From: Microcoleus sp.
GTDB taxonomy: Bacteria > Cyanobacteriota > Cyanobacteriia > Cyanobacteriales > Microcoleaceae
Direction: 5' to 3'
NCBI GenBank assembly: GCA_052279835.1
Contig: CP181291.1
Location: 2,816,001 to 2,880,000, forward strand
DNA: 64,000 nt
The notes beneath the pieces are model-generated. The model saw nothing but the letters and a program-made list of their open reading frames with translations. It was not told where the DNA came from and made no database searches. Positions 19,625 through 29,252 of this stretch are shown piece after piece. Position numbers and translations under genes: made by a program. How positions within the stretch are numbered: position 1 is the stretch's first letter; each line of letters begins with the position of its first letter.

Positions 19625-20188
19625 TTATTTGATAGCTGGAAGCCTTGTACCCAGAGCCGTGAGATTCAAGGCGTAACCTCCGGTGGCGAGATAAACACCA
19701 TCGGCGATCGCCCCGATGTGGCGGACAAGAGTGCCGAGGCGATCGCGAAATAGCCTTCCCGCTGGATAAGCAGGCACTACTCCCCATCCGGTTTCCTCTC
19801 CTACCAAAATTACATCGGCCATGGCGGAGTGCAAACTAGCAAGCAAATCTTGTTGTGTCTGCTCCCAAACAGTGGGTTCTTGTTCCAAAAGATTTGCCGT
19901 CCAAGTTCCGAGGGAATCAATTAACAAGCAATTTGAGCGATCGGTCGATCGTACAACTGGTGACAATTCCTCGATCGCTTCTACAGTTTTCCACTCAGGG
20001 GGACGGCGATTTTTGTGGCGCTCAATGCGATTTTGCCATTCCCTATCTGCCTGGTCAATCTTACCTGTAGCCACATAAATTACTGATTTTCCTGAATCTG
20101 CTGCCATAGTTTCTGCCAATTCACTTTTGCCGGATCGGGCGGGCCCGGTTACTAAGATTATTTGTCTTGAACTACGGATTTTAGTCAT
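19625..20188 (-). CDS. cobU: Adenosylcobinamide kinase / cobinamide-phosphate guanylyltransferase
   Basis: GPARSGKS P-loop, RIERHKNRRP, EETGWGVVP, GRLFRDRLG. Confidence 0.93.
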   Translation of the reverse strand: MTKIRSSRQIILVTGPARSGKSELAETMAADSGKSVIYVATGKIDQADREWQNRIERHKNRRPPEWKTVEAIEELSPVVRSTDRSNCLLIDSLGTWTANLLEQEPTVWEQTQQDLLASLHSAMADVILVGEETGWGVVPAYPAGRLFRDRLGTLVRHIGAIADGVYLATGGYALNLTALGTRLPAIK

Positions 20189-20291
20189 TAGTTAATTGTT
20201 ATGTATGGGTGGTTATTTGTGGGTGGTTATTTGTTAGTCTAATTTACCTTGACCAATTCCCAAGAGTCATTTTTAAGGGATAATAACATTA

Positions 20292-21314
20292 ATGACACAA
20301 GATCGGACTAACTCGATCGACAACCCTAGCAATTGGGATGCTGTTATGTCAAAACCTCAGATATCAGCAATAATTTGTACCCACAATCGTCACAGCTATC
20401 TAGGTGCGGCGATCGACAGTTTACTGGTGCAGGATTTTCCTGACAACTTTGAAATAGTGGTAGTGGATAACGCTTCTAGCGATTTTGAAACTCCTGGTAG
20501 CTCAAAAACGCGAACCCGCCAAGTGGTAGAAGCAAGACTCCCTAATCCCCTACTCAAGTACATTTGGGAACCCGAACTAGGTTTGTCCGTAGCCCGCAAC
20601 AGGGGCGCAAAGGAAGCTGGCAGTGAAATTTTAGCCTATCTCGATGACGATGCCGTGGCCGAGTCCGATTGGCTCAGGGTGCTATACAGTGCCTATCAAA
20701 GCAATCCAAAATTGGCCGTAGCCGGTGGTAAAGTCAATTTGCTGTGGCCTTCTGGAGTCAGCCCTCCCAACTGGCTGTCCGCTGGATTGGCCCAAAATTT
20801 GGGAGCATATGATTTAGGAGAAAAGTGCATCTACATAACGGTGGCCGGATTGACTCCCAGGGGTGTAAACTACTCAATCCGACGCTCTTTTTTACAACAA
20901 ATTGGCGGTTTTGATGTCAAACTCGGTAGAATCGGCAACAAATTGTTGTCAAATGAAGAATTGCGGGCCACAGAACTAGCATTAGAGCTAGGTTGGCAAG
21001 TAATCTATGTACCGGAGGCTTTAGTGCTTCACAATGTAGATCCCTCGCGACTGCACAAAGCTTGGTTTATCGAGCGCGGGTGGTGGCAAGGCATCAGCGA
21101 GTGTTACCGGGAACAATTGTGCGATCGAGCCGGTATCAGTCAGCTTTGGCGCGGGGGCGAAAGAATACTCAGGGGTGCGTACAAGTCTTTTAAATACATT
21201 AAAAACCCAGGACTGCGCTTTGAAAATTTTGTTTTTGTCTGGGGTCAAATTGGTTATTTAAGTGCAGCCGTCCGTGGCATAATTTTTCCACCGAAATCGA
21301 CCCAGAGGCATTAG
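20292..21314 (+). CDS. Glycosyltransferase family 2
   Basis: SAIICTHNR, VVVDNASSD, GLSVARN, YLDDDA. Confidence 0.9.
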   Translation: MTQDRTNSIDNPSNWDAVMSKPQISAIICTHNRHSYLGAAIDSLLVQDFPDNFEIVVVDNASSDFETPGSSKTRTRQVVEARLPNPLLKYIWEPELGLSVARNRGAKEAGSEILAYLDDDAVAESDWLRVLYSAYQSNPKLAVAGGKVNLLWPSGVSPPNWLSAGLAQNLGAYDLGEKCIYITVAGLTPRGVNYSIRRSFLQQIGGFDVKLGRIGNKLLSNEELRATELALELGWQVIYVPEALVLHNVDPSRLHKAWFIERGWWQGISECYREQLCDRAGISQLWRGGERILRGAYKSFKYIKNPGLRFENFVFVWGQIGYLSAAVRGIIFPPKSTQRH

Positions 21315-21412
21315 GCTATAGGCAATATCCTTCGTTGTGTAGGGTTCCGCGGCGGTACCGATCGCATTTTATCCATCACAACTCGACCGCATTCAGTTTT
21401 AACCACTCGATT

Positions 21413-22390
21413 ATGACCTCTAGTCCATCCAAGATTCCGGTTTCGGTTCTCATTCCGGCAAAAGACGAAGAACTTAATCTACCTGCGTGTCTGGCAAGCA
21501 TTGCCAGGGCAGATGAAGTTTTTCTAGTTGATTCCCAAAGTAGCGATTTAACGGTAGAAATCGCCATCAGTAGTGGCGCAAAAGTAGTGCAATTCTACTT
21601 CGATAACCGCTGGCCAAAAAAGAAAAATTGGTCTTTAGACAACCTGCCCTTTCGTAACGAATGGGTATTAATTGTCGATTGTGACGAGCGGATTCCCCCA
21701 GAACTTTGGGATGAAATTGCCGAAGTCATTCAAGACCCAAATTTTGAGGGTTACTACCTCAATCGCAAAGTTTTCTTTTTAGGACAATGGCTGCGTTACG
21801 GAGGTAGATATCCCGACTGGAACTTGCGTTTGTTCAAGCATCAAAAAGGTCGTTACGAAAATCTGGGGACAGAATCGGTACCCAATACTGGCGACAACGA
21901 AGTTCACGAACACGTAATTTTAGCAGGTCCAGTGGGATACTTAAAAAATGATATGATTCACGAGGATTACCGCGATTTATTTCATTGGATAGAAAGGCAC
22001 AATCGCTATTCTAATTGGGAAGCTCGTGTTTATTACAATATTATTGAAGGGCGGGACGACAGCGGCACTATTGGCTCCAATTTATTTGGAGATGCAGTGC
22101 AGCGTAAGCGATTTCTCAAAAAAGTTTGGGTGCGGCTGCCTTTTAAACCAATGCTAAGATTTATTTTATTTTACTTTATTCAGTTCGGCTTTTTGGATGG
22201 AAAAGCTGGCTATATTTATGCAAGGTTATTGAGTCAGTATGAATATCAAATTAATGCAAAGCTTTATGAATTGCGTTGTTGTGGGGGTCAATTGAATGTG
22301 GCAGAAACCGAGGCTAAGTTGTCGCACCCAGAGAGTGATTCGGCGGTTAAAACCGCGGCTACACAAACGAAGTCTGCCTCCGCAGACTAA
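21413..22390 (+). CDS. Glycosyltransferase family 2
   Basis: VSVLIPAKDEE, VDSQSSD, IVDCDE, EVHEH; ATG at 21413 preferred over TTG at 21335. Confidence 0.9.
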   Translation: MTSSPSKIPVSVLIPAKDEELNLPACLASIARADEVFLVDSQSSDLTVEIAISSGAKVVQFYFDNRWPKKKNWSLDNLPFRNEWVLIVDCDERIPPELWDEIAEVIQDPNFEGYYLNRKVFFLGQWLRYGGRYPDWNLRLFKHQKGRYENLGTESVPNTGDNEVHEHVILAGPVGYLKNDMIHEDYRDLFHWIERHNRYSNWEARVYYNIIEGRDDSGTIGSNLFGDAVQRKRFLKKVWVRLPFKPMLRFILFYFIQFGFLDGKAGYIYARLLSQYEYQINAKLYELRCCGGQLNVAETEAKLSHPESDSAVKTAATQTKSASAD

Positions 22391-22759
22391 GAAATAAATG
22401 GGACATTTAAACCGAATTTTGTATGAGTCCGCGGAGGCGGACATTGTTTGTATAGCCGCGGTTTCCAACCGCCGGGTTTCTTCGTTTGTGTAAACGCGGT
22501 TTTAACCGCCCTAACTAACTCGAATTTGGCAATAATACCAATTTTAAAAAAGAATGCAACAGTAGTCTTGTCCCTCCCCTTTATAAGGGGGGGTTAGGGG
22601 GGGTCAAAGATTGTTGCACGATTTTAGAAAAATGGTATAATACTAAATCCGGGTTACTTACCCCCTTTATGAAAGAGTGAACTAATTTCTCCCCCTCCCC
22701 CTCTCTCCCCCTCTCCCCCTCTTCAACAATAAAGGGGATGGATAACTCGGATTTGGTAT
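22341..22759. repeat. Stack of repeats: paired GTCCGCGGAGGCGGAC elements plus two adjacent MITEs (22535-22638, 22640-22759)
   Basis: ATACCAATTTT/AAAATGGTAT and ATACTAAATCCG/CGGATTTGGTAT inverted ends. Confidence 0.75.
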
Positions 22760-22761
22760 GA

Positions 22762-24999
22762 CTACCGCCCATCGCCAATTAAAATAAAGGGCGACCAATA
22801 AAAAGGATGGCGCTGGATTTGACTCAACTTAGCTTGCCGCAAAGCTTCATTTTTACTCATCCCTTTATTGATATTTTGATAAAATTGAACCATCAAATCT
22901 TTAGTAGCTGAATCATCAACACTCCACAAACTCGCCATCACAGCTTGCGCGCCTGCACGCTCAAATACATAGGCAACTCCCGATATTTCTTCACCGTTAG
23001 AATTTGCTTGCAAAGCAGTTTGACACGCGCTTAAAGTGAGGAGTCTGGTGTTTTGCAATCCCAATAAGGCGGCATCGCGAATGTTGAATTGGCTGTCAGC
23101 AAATAGCAGCGTGTTTTCCTCCATCCCCAACTTTTGACAGCCTCCCGGTTGGAAACAGCCGTGAGTTGCGAGGTGCAAAAATGGAAAACGGGGTGCTTGA
23201 AGTTTGAATTGGTCGAGGGTGGCGTCATTGCCGGTATAGGCGGAACTTCCCGATAATAATTGAGCGATATTTCTCACTTCTGCTTCAGAAGCGGGTAGAT
23301 TTTGGGGCTGACGATTGACGGGATTTCCTAATGCTAACACTCCACCTTTTAAAGTCGAATTGGGAATTGACCTTGTGGAAATGCGGGTGAGATAGTTGAC
23401 GGGATATTTCTGGATGAGGAATTCATCATTTTTTTCGTCATACAGCGTTTCAAAGGGGATGTAGCGCAGTTTTCCCGTAGCGATGATGCTCAATTGTTTG
23501 GCGGAAGTAGCTTTGATTTGGTCTTCCACGGGACGAATCAGGATTTCGTAGAGTTTGCTGCCTGTTACGGTGAAGTTAGTGTCGCCAGAATTTTGCAGTT
23601 GTTCGCGGTATTGAGTGAGGAGTTTGTCGAATTCTGCGGGATTAATTGGGATTTTTTTAACACTTAAACTGTCTTTTGTCAAGACAAATAGGGCGACGGT
23701 ATTGGGAACATTTTTGACATTTGTCAGCAAGACGGGTTGAATGACTGCGGTATCTGGTGCGATACTTGCTTTCAGTTGGGCGATGTCTTTGGGTGTGGTT
23801 TCAAAGAGTTCGGCGACTTCAGGGAATTGGCGGGAGATTGCTTCGGCTTTGCGGTTGACTTCTGTTTCTAATTCCCGCATTTGTCGGGAGAGATTTTCGG
23901 AGAATTTGTCTTCGAGTTGGCGGCGGAGGTATTGGAGTTGTTGATTTTTTTGATTCCACTCGTCAATGGCTTTTTGTGCTTGGGGGTTGGATACTTTGGC
24001 GTTGATGAGGCGGGTGTAGTCGGCGAGATCGGCTGTGGTGGCGATGTTGACCCATTGAAAAGCGCGATCGGCTTGGTTTTGGTCAATGAGAAGGGAGGTA
24101 AGGGCGATCGGAGTTCCGCTTTTAGCTTCTAGAAACTTTTGCCTATTTTCTCGTTGTAAACCACTCCGCATTTTTAAGGTAATTTGGACAGATTGCTGCC
24201 AATTTGCGATCGCTTGATTCGGTTGCTTTGTATCTCGGTAAACTGCACCAATATTAGTTAATATAGTAGCTTCTTCAGAACGATATCTTAGTTTTTGGAT
24301 AATAGGTAAAGCTTGGTTATAGTATTTCAATGCTTCTTGCTGTTGCGAGATACTTTCGTAAGCGAAACCAATATTATTCAAAGTAGTAGCTTCCCCAGAG
24401 CGATCGCCCACTTCTCGCCTAATTGGTAAAGCTTGATTATAGTATTTCAATGCTTCTTGCGGTTGCGAGATACTTTCGTAGACTCCACCAATATTATTCA
24501 AAGTAGTAGCTTCCCCAGAGCGATCGCCCACTTCTCGTCTGATTGGTAAAGCTTGGTTAAAGTATTTCAATGCTTCTTGCGGTTGCGAGATACTTTCGTA
24601 AACTAAACCAATATTATTCAAAGTAGTTACTTCCCCAGAGCGATTGCTCACTTCCCGCCAAATAGGTAAAGCTTGGTTATAGTATTTCAATGCTTCTTGC
24701 GCTTGGGAGATACTGTTGTAATTAGAAGCAATGCTAGTGAGTGCTAAGGCTTCAATTTCTCTAATTTTCACTTGTCGCGTAATAACTAGAATCTGTTGCC
24801 ATGTTTTTATTGCTTCACCTAATTTTCCTTGCTGTTTCTCTTGCCTTGCTTGCTGTATAAGTCCCTTTATTTGTTCAATTATTTGTTCGGCTTGTGAATT
24901 TTGACTTTGCCCCCAACTAGGTTGAACCATCAGCGTTACAGTCAGAGGAGTCAGACACACACCCAAAACCAAAACACTGCTGATAAATCGTTTCATCAT
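22762..24999 (-). CDS. Secreted TPR + CHAT (caspase-like) protease
   Basis: Signal-like N-terminus (MMKRFISSVLVLG), 40-aa TPR repeats, LHLATHG and LSACQT catalytic motifs, HPFYWSPF. Confidence 0.9.
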   Translation of the reverse strand: MMKRFISSVLVLGVCLTPLTVTLMVQPSWGQSQNSQAEQIIEQIKGLIQQARQEKQQGKLGEAIKTWQQILVITRQVKIREIEALALTSIASNYNSISQAQEALKYYNQALPIWREVSNRSGEVTTLNNIGLVYESISQPQEALKYFNQALPIRREVGDRSGEATTLNNIGGVYESISQPQEALKYYNQALPIRREVGDRSGEATTLNNIGFAYESISQQQEALKYYNQALPIIQKLRYRSEEATILTNIGAVYRDTKQPNQAIANWQQSVQITLKMRSGLQRENRQKFLEAKSGTPIALTSLLIDQNQADRAFQWVNIATTADLADYTRLINAKVSNPQAQKAIDEWNQKNQQLQYLRRQLEDKFSENLSRQMRELETEVNRKAEAISRQFPEVAELFETTPKDIAQLKASIAPDTAVIQPVLLTNVKNVPNTVALFVLTKDSLSVKKIPINPAEFDKLLTQYREQLQNSGDTNFTVTGSKLYEILIRPVEDQIKATSAKQLSIIATGKLRYIPFETLYDEKNDEFLIQKYPVNYLTRISTRSIPNSTLKGGVLALGNPVNRQPQNLPASEAEVRNIAQLLSGSSAYTGNDATLDQFKLQAPRFPFLHLATHGCFQPGGCQKLGMEENTLLFADSQFNIRDAALLGLQNTRLLTLSACQTALQANSNGEEISGVAYVFERAGAQAVMASLWSVDDSATKDLMVQFYQNINKGMSKNEALRQAKLSQIQRHPFYWSPFILIGDGR

Positions 25000-25036
25000 T
25001 TTTATAATTCCCCAAATTCGATTAATAGAATAGGTA

Positions 25037-25189
25037 TCAAATGCAGAATCTTGACTTAATATAAGTATCGATTGTTGCCGTCGCAACTTCTTCTTTGTAT
25101 TGCTCTAACATTTTCATCACATTTGCATTCGGAATTGGTCGATTTGGTTCCGAAAGCACGTTAGTATCTAATAAAAATCGCAAACTCAC
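25037..25189 (-). pseudogene. vapC: Truncated VapC/PIN toxin
   Basis: GTG start overlaps the upstream TGA; reads VSLRFLLDTNVLSEPNRPIPNANV... and stops after 50 codons. Confidence 0.75.
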
Positions 25190-25686
25190 AAAATAACCTC
25201 GCGCCCCGGTGATGAATCTCTGAGTCCCTCAAAAACCTCTCCCTCAATTCCTGCTTCTTCTAGATTGTTTTCTTGACGAAACTTTTGGATTGCTTCCCAA
25301 AAATTATGAGGTGGCTCGATCTGGCGTTCTTTCTCAATTTTAGCAATAATTTCAGTTAACTCAGCAGATACTTTAGTCAATTCTTTAGCTTTTTCCAGCA
25401 AGCGATCGACCAACGGTGATGGCAATAATTCCAGCGGCTCGTCAAAATCATCAGAAGTTGTAAGTAATCCTCGATCGCTCCCAAATCGGCTAGGTGTAGG
25501 CGAAGATTCTTCAACTTCATGCAAAGTTTCTGCTTCAACTGTTTCTTTGATACCTTTAACTTGAATCGATCTATCTGGCATCCTTTTTCTGAGATAAATT
25601 GCAGATATCAAGTCTGACCAAGTAAAGTTTTCAGGCAGTTTATCAATTAAGCTGCGGACTTCTTCTTTAAGATTGATGGTTTCCAT
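25186..25686 (-). CDS. Antitoxin-like chimeric protein
   Basis: Contains RFGSDRG...SDDFDEPL and FW..IQKFR...FEGLRD.SPGREV antitoxin-type motifs; overlaps the PIN fragment. Confidence 0.65.
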   Translation of the reverse strand: METINLKEEVRSLIDKLPENFTWSDLISAIYLRKRMPDRSIQVKGIKETVEAETLHEVEESSPTPSRFGSDRGLLTTSDDFDEPLELLPSPLVDRLLEKAKELTKVSAELTEIIAKIEKERQIEPPHNFWEAIQKFRQENNLEEAGIEGEVFEGLRDSSPGREVIL

Positions 25687-25751
25687 CGGTTTTAGTAAAG
25701 AGAGTTGGGATTTTCATTCTAGTGCCACTCATATTTTACATTTGTTGCCAC

Positions 25752-25937
25752 AGTCCGGCGGGGGTTTAAACCCCCGACAGACTTTCGCGAGCACGAAATA
25801 TTTCCTAAAAAACCCCGTTTCTGCCCCCCAAAACTCTCCTCTTCAGTCCTCTTTTAGAGGACTTTCGCTATGAGGCGGGGGTTAAAAACCCCGACGGACT
25901 TTCGCTACGACGCGGGGGTTAAAAACCCCGACGGACT
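25752..25937. repeat. GGGGTTAAAAACCCC hairpin element with internal duplication
   Basis: Shares units with the core of 5542-5860; GGACTTTCGCTA..GCGGGGGTTAAAAACCCCGAC occurs twice. Confidence 0.7.
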
Positions 25938-26530
25938 CAATACGGAGTCGCTGCAATTGTCATCGTCTTTTTCTGCACGTCAAACTGCATTTCATCGACA
26001 ACAAATTGCCTGCCTTTCGCAACTCCCAAAATCCCCCGCAATTGCGCCCGATTCACGACAGGCGGCCCCAAATTCACCACAGCTTGACCTTTAACAGCAT
26101 CTTTCAGCTCAAAAGCACTGATGGGAATGCCACTCCATCTGGCTTGATTGTTAGTAGGTGGCGGGAGCTCGCCCCGAACAACTGGCCCTGGACGAGAATC
26201 TATATAAACTTCCGCAGTTTTGGGAAACACGATTTTCTCAATTTGACCCAAAGGGATGGATATCTTGTCCCTCCCTCGCTGAAGCGAGATTTTTTGCGTT
26301 TTCTCATCAATCTCTACTAATCTACCGCTTGTTGGTGCGCCCTTTTTCATAGAAATTTTTGCATCTGTCGGTAACGCTACGGGTATCGCCTGACTAGCGC
26401 TAGCCTGTGCTTGTACGGATGACAAATTCTGTTTCTGGACTTCCTGACTGGCCACATTAACTTGTGCTGCCATACCCGCTATAACCGTAAAAAGTGCTAC
26501 AACTAGAAAAGAAAGTGTTCTGCGTTTCAT
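25937..26530 (-). CDS. Secreted hypothetical protein
   Basis: Signal peptide MKRRTLSFLVVALF; GGGGGA RBS; 197 aa. Confidence 0.75.
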   Translation of the reverse strand: MKRRTLSFLVVALFTVIAGMAAQVNVASQEVQKQNLSSVQAQASASQAIPVALPTDAKISMKKGAPTSGRLVEIDEKTQKISLQRGRDKISIPLGQIEKIVFPKTAEVYIDSRPGPVVRGELPPPTNNQARWSGIPISAFELKDAVKGQAVVNLGPPVVNRAQLRGILGVAKGRQFVVDEMQFDVQKKTMTIAATPY

Positions 26531-26613
26531 AGTCCCCCTAGACCCCCTTCAAGGATAAGCGTTAATCCCCTAATGTCTTGAAATTGTACTACACATCCCT
26601 TGAAGGTGATTCC

Positions 26614-27507
26614 GTGACCGCTTCTCCCCAACCTACTCCCGAATCGAATATTTTAGGCAACTTTGCCAGTGTTGTTGGCTTGCTTGGTGCTGCTTTGTTT
26701 TTCACGGGCTGGATTTATCGCTGGTCTTATTTTTACTGCTTTCAGCTCAATGTAATTACCCTTGATTTACCAGTCGAATCGTTTTTCATAGTCCCGCTTC
26801 AGGTGTTTTTAGGTGATGGCTGGACAATACTTAGAAGCGCGATTGCCCTTCTGCTGACATCCCTGGCAATTTACCTCACTTTGTGGCTAGTAAATAGTAT
26901 CAACAAGACAGTTGCTGCTAAAATCAATGGCACAATCACACGGTGGCTTTCCTATCCTTACGGCAGAAGATTCAGGTGGCTTTACCGCATCCTGAACTCT
27001 TGGCAACAATTTAATGTCAATAGATATAACTCGATCAAATTATTGCGATCGCTCGTTGACGAAATTATCATCGTCGGTTGGGTATTGCTAGTCTTATTCT
27101 GGTCAGCTTACCACCAAGGCATTGCCGATGCCCGACGCGATGCCGGGGAAAATTCGCCTTTACCTGCCGTTGTTTTAATTGGCAAGCAAGATAATATTGC
27201 TTTAGGCAGAAAGCTCAATAATGCCTTTGATGAAAAACTTACTCTAGAAAAGTATAAATTTATTGGGGATAAAGGTTTATTTGACGATTGGCTAAGTAAG
27301 GCAGACACGGATACTTCTAACTCCAAAGAACCTAGAGTTTGGCGGTTGCTTTTGGAGAGAGGGAACTGGATTTATCTGTTTCCTGCTTTGACAACAGAAC
27401 AACAAAAAAACCCTCAATCTCGTCCGCCAGTGATGGCAATTCAACAAAGTCAATCGGGCGATCAATTTTTAATTATAAGTCCCCAACCTTCTCAACCATC
27501 TAAATAA
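26614..27507 (+). CDS. Hypothetical membrane protein (about 3 TM segments plus a C-terminal soluble domain)
   Basis: Long ORF with hydrophobic segments; GTG at 26614 preceded by GAAGGTG. Confidence 0.75.
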   Translation: MTASPQPTPESNILGNFASVVGLLGAALFFTGWIYRWSYFYCFQLNVITLDLPVESFFIVPLQVFLGDGWTILRSAIALLLTSLAIYLTLWLVNSINKTVAAKINGTITRWLSYPYGRRFRWLYRILNSWQQFNVNRYNSIKLLRSLVDEIIIVGWVLLVLFWSAYHQGIADARRDAGENSPLPAVVLIGKQDNIALGRKLNNAFDEKLTLEKYKFIGDKGLFDDWLSKADTDTSNSKEPRVWRLLLERGNWIYLFPALTTEQQKNPQSRPPVMAIQQSQSGDQFLIISPQPSQPSK

Positions 27508-27616
27508 AGTTTGAGCGGGTTGATGAGTTTGTTGATTTCCGGCAATTATTATTTGTAAAACCCGCTCCTACAGGATGAATGAGAATGCTGGAAGATACCA
27601 ATCTGAAATGAGGTAA

Positions 27617-27719
27617 TACCAGTTTCATAAAGTCCTGCTATAGATCGATTTCTTAGCCCCCCCGAACTCGCGGGGGGGTTGGGGGGGTAGATATTTAGCG
27701 CTACTTTATGAAATGAGTA
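27617..27719. mobile_element. MITE-like element
   Basis: TACCAGTTTCATAAAGT / ACTTTATGAAATGAGTA inverted ends around a CCCCCC..GGGGGGGTTGGGGGG unit. Confidence 0.6.
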
Positions 27720-27723
27720 AACA

Positions 27724-28518
27724 TCATTTAATCAGTTCTTCTAGCGATGGAAATAGCAATTTTTCGGCGCTCACTTTTTCGCAATTGCAAGGTTCTTGAA
27801 TTGCGGATATTGCTGATACATTTCCTAGCAGCAATTGGATACTTTCTATGAGCAATGGTAGAGTTAATAAAATGATTGACGCTGATACTAGCAAGCTGAT
27901 TAATCCGTCGGCCCAATTCCAGTGCAGCCACGCTACGGCGATCGCCGCTAAGATTACTCCCACCGACGAAAATATATCGGCAACGGCGTGGAGAAAGGCG
28001 CTTTTGAGGTTCAAGTCGCCGTGACAGCAGGAATGCAAGCAGCAAGCGTTGATGGAATTGATGCTTAAACCGACTATGGCGGTAATTAACATCGGGAGTC
28101 CTTCGACTTCGGGGGTTGGGGACAGCAAACGGGCGATGGATTCGGCGCCAATCCATAGAGCGATCGCCACTAAACTGATACTATTAATTAAAGCGGCAAT
28201 GATTTCTGGACGCGCGGGAATTGGGGAAGAGGCGATCGCACAATTTACCGATTGACTTGTTTTAACTGACGAGTACCAAGTGGCGGTTAAAGTTATTGCT
28301 AAAGCTGCTACATCTGAAAAAACGTGACCGGCATCTGCTAATAGGGACAAACTATGAGAGTTGATGGCGGCGATTAACTCTGCTACGAAAAAGCTACTAA
28401 GTAGTACCAAAGCTGTTTGTAGAAGCCGCACTTTGGGATTTCTGGGATTGGGATTTTCCCCTGGGCCGAGATTCTTGGTGTTTTGAAAGTTAAAATTGTC
28501 CCTAACTGGAAATGTCAT
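27724..28518 (-). CDS. Cation diffusion facilitator (CzcD-like) with short C-terminus
   Basis: SLSLLADAGHVFSD and NLKSAFLHAVAD metal-site motifs; ATG at 28518 avoids overlap with the divergent gene. Confidence 0.88.
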   Translation of the reverse strand: MTFPVRDNFNFQNTKNLGPGENPNPRNPKVRLLQTALVLLSSFFVAELIAAINSHSLSLLADAGHVFSDVAALAITLTATWYSSVKTSQSVNCAIASSPIPARPEIIAALINSISLVAIALWIGAESIARLLSPTPEVEGLPMLITAIVGLSINSINACCLHSCCHGDLNLKSAFLHAVADIFSSVGVILAAIAVAWLHWNWADGLISLLVSASIILLTLPLLIESIQLLLGNVSAISAIQEPCNCEKVSAEKLLFPSLEELIK

Positions 28519-28562
28519 TGAGCAGTCCTTAAAGTTAAACTTGATTTTCAATAAAATATTAG

Positions 28563-29240
28563 ATGACTCATTATACGCCAAGTCCCGACCCGGAACCGCA
28601 ACAGCTGATCGCAAATTCCCCAAATTCTCAAATCAATTACGATCCAATTGACGACAACGAACCACATACTTTCACAGGGGAATCTTTAGTTGATTTACGC
28701 AAGTACGATCAATCGAAGTTCGATCGCGGAAGGCCCGGTTGGGTAATTTTGCTTTGGTGGTTGGTACAGGCGATCGCTTTTCCGTTAACTCCACACCCTG
28801 TGAATGGTCTTAGAAGGTGGCTGTTGCGCTTGTTTGGAGCCAAAATAGGTTGTGGGGTGATTATCCGCCCTACAGCCCGTTTTACCTATCCTTGGAAAAT
28901 TGAAATCGGGGATTACAGTTGGATCGGAGATGATGTGGTTTTGTATAGTTTGGATCGAATTGCGATCGGCAAACACTGCGTCATATCTCAAAAAAGCTAC
29001 CTCTGCACCGGTAGTCATGACCCCCAAGACCCAGCCTTTGGGTTGATCGCAGCATCTGTTATCATTAATCATGGCGTTTGGATTGCCACCGACTGTTTCA
29101 TTGGTCCTGGTGTGGAAATCGGTGCTAACGCTTTAATAGGAGCTCGTAGCAGTGTCTTTAAAAATATGCCCGCCGACTTTGTTTGCATGGGTACTCCTTG
29201 TCGTCCGTGCACTCGACGAGAAATCAAAAAAAGTTCCTAG
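28563..29240 (+). CDS. WcaF/HpsU-like polysaccharide acetyltransferase
   Basis: YDQSKFDRGRP, LLRLFGAKIG, hexapeptide repeats, CTGSHD. Confidence 0.88.
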   Translation: MTHYTPSPDPEPQQLIANSPNSQINYDPIDDNEPHTFTGESLVDLRKYDQSKFDRGRPGWVILLWWLVQAIAFPLTPHPVNGLRRWLLRLFGAKIGCGVIIRPTARFTYPWKIEIGDYSWIGDDVVLYSLDRIAIGKHCVISQKSYLCTGSHDPQDPAFGLIAASVIINHGVWIATDCFIGPGVEIGANALIGARSSVFKNMPADFVCMGTPCRPCTRREIKKSS

Positions 29241-29252
29241 TGAGCATTTAAA

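Noticed and set aside
24303..24720. 120-bp DNA repeats as a CRISPR or DGR template
   Set aside because: They are in-frame TPR units; no reverse transcriptase or separate template repeat is present
25000..25086. CHAT start at 25086
   Set aside because: It lies within the VapC fragment; the signal-like sequence begins at 24999
28518..28623. Longer CDF start at 28623
   Set aside because: It would overlap the divergent acetyltransferase; ATG 28518 is more plausible
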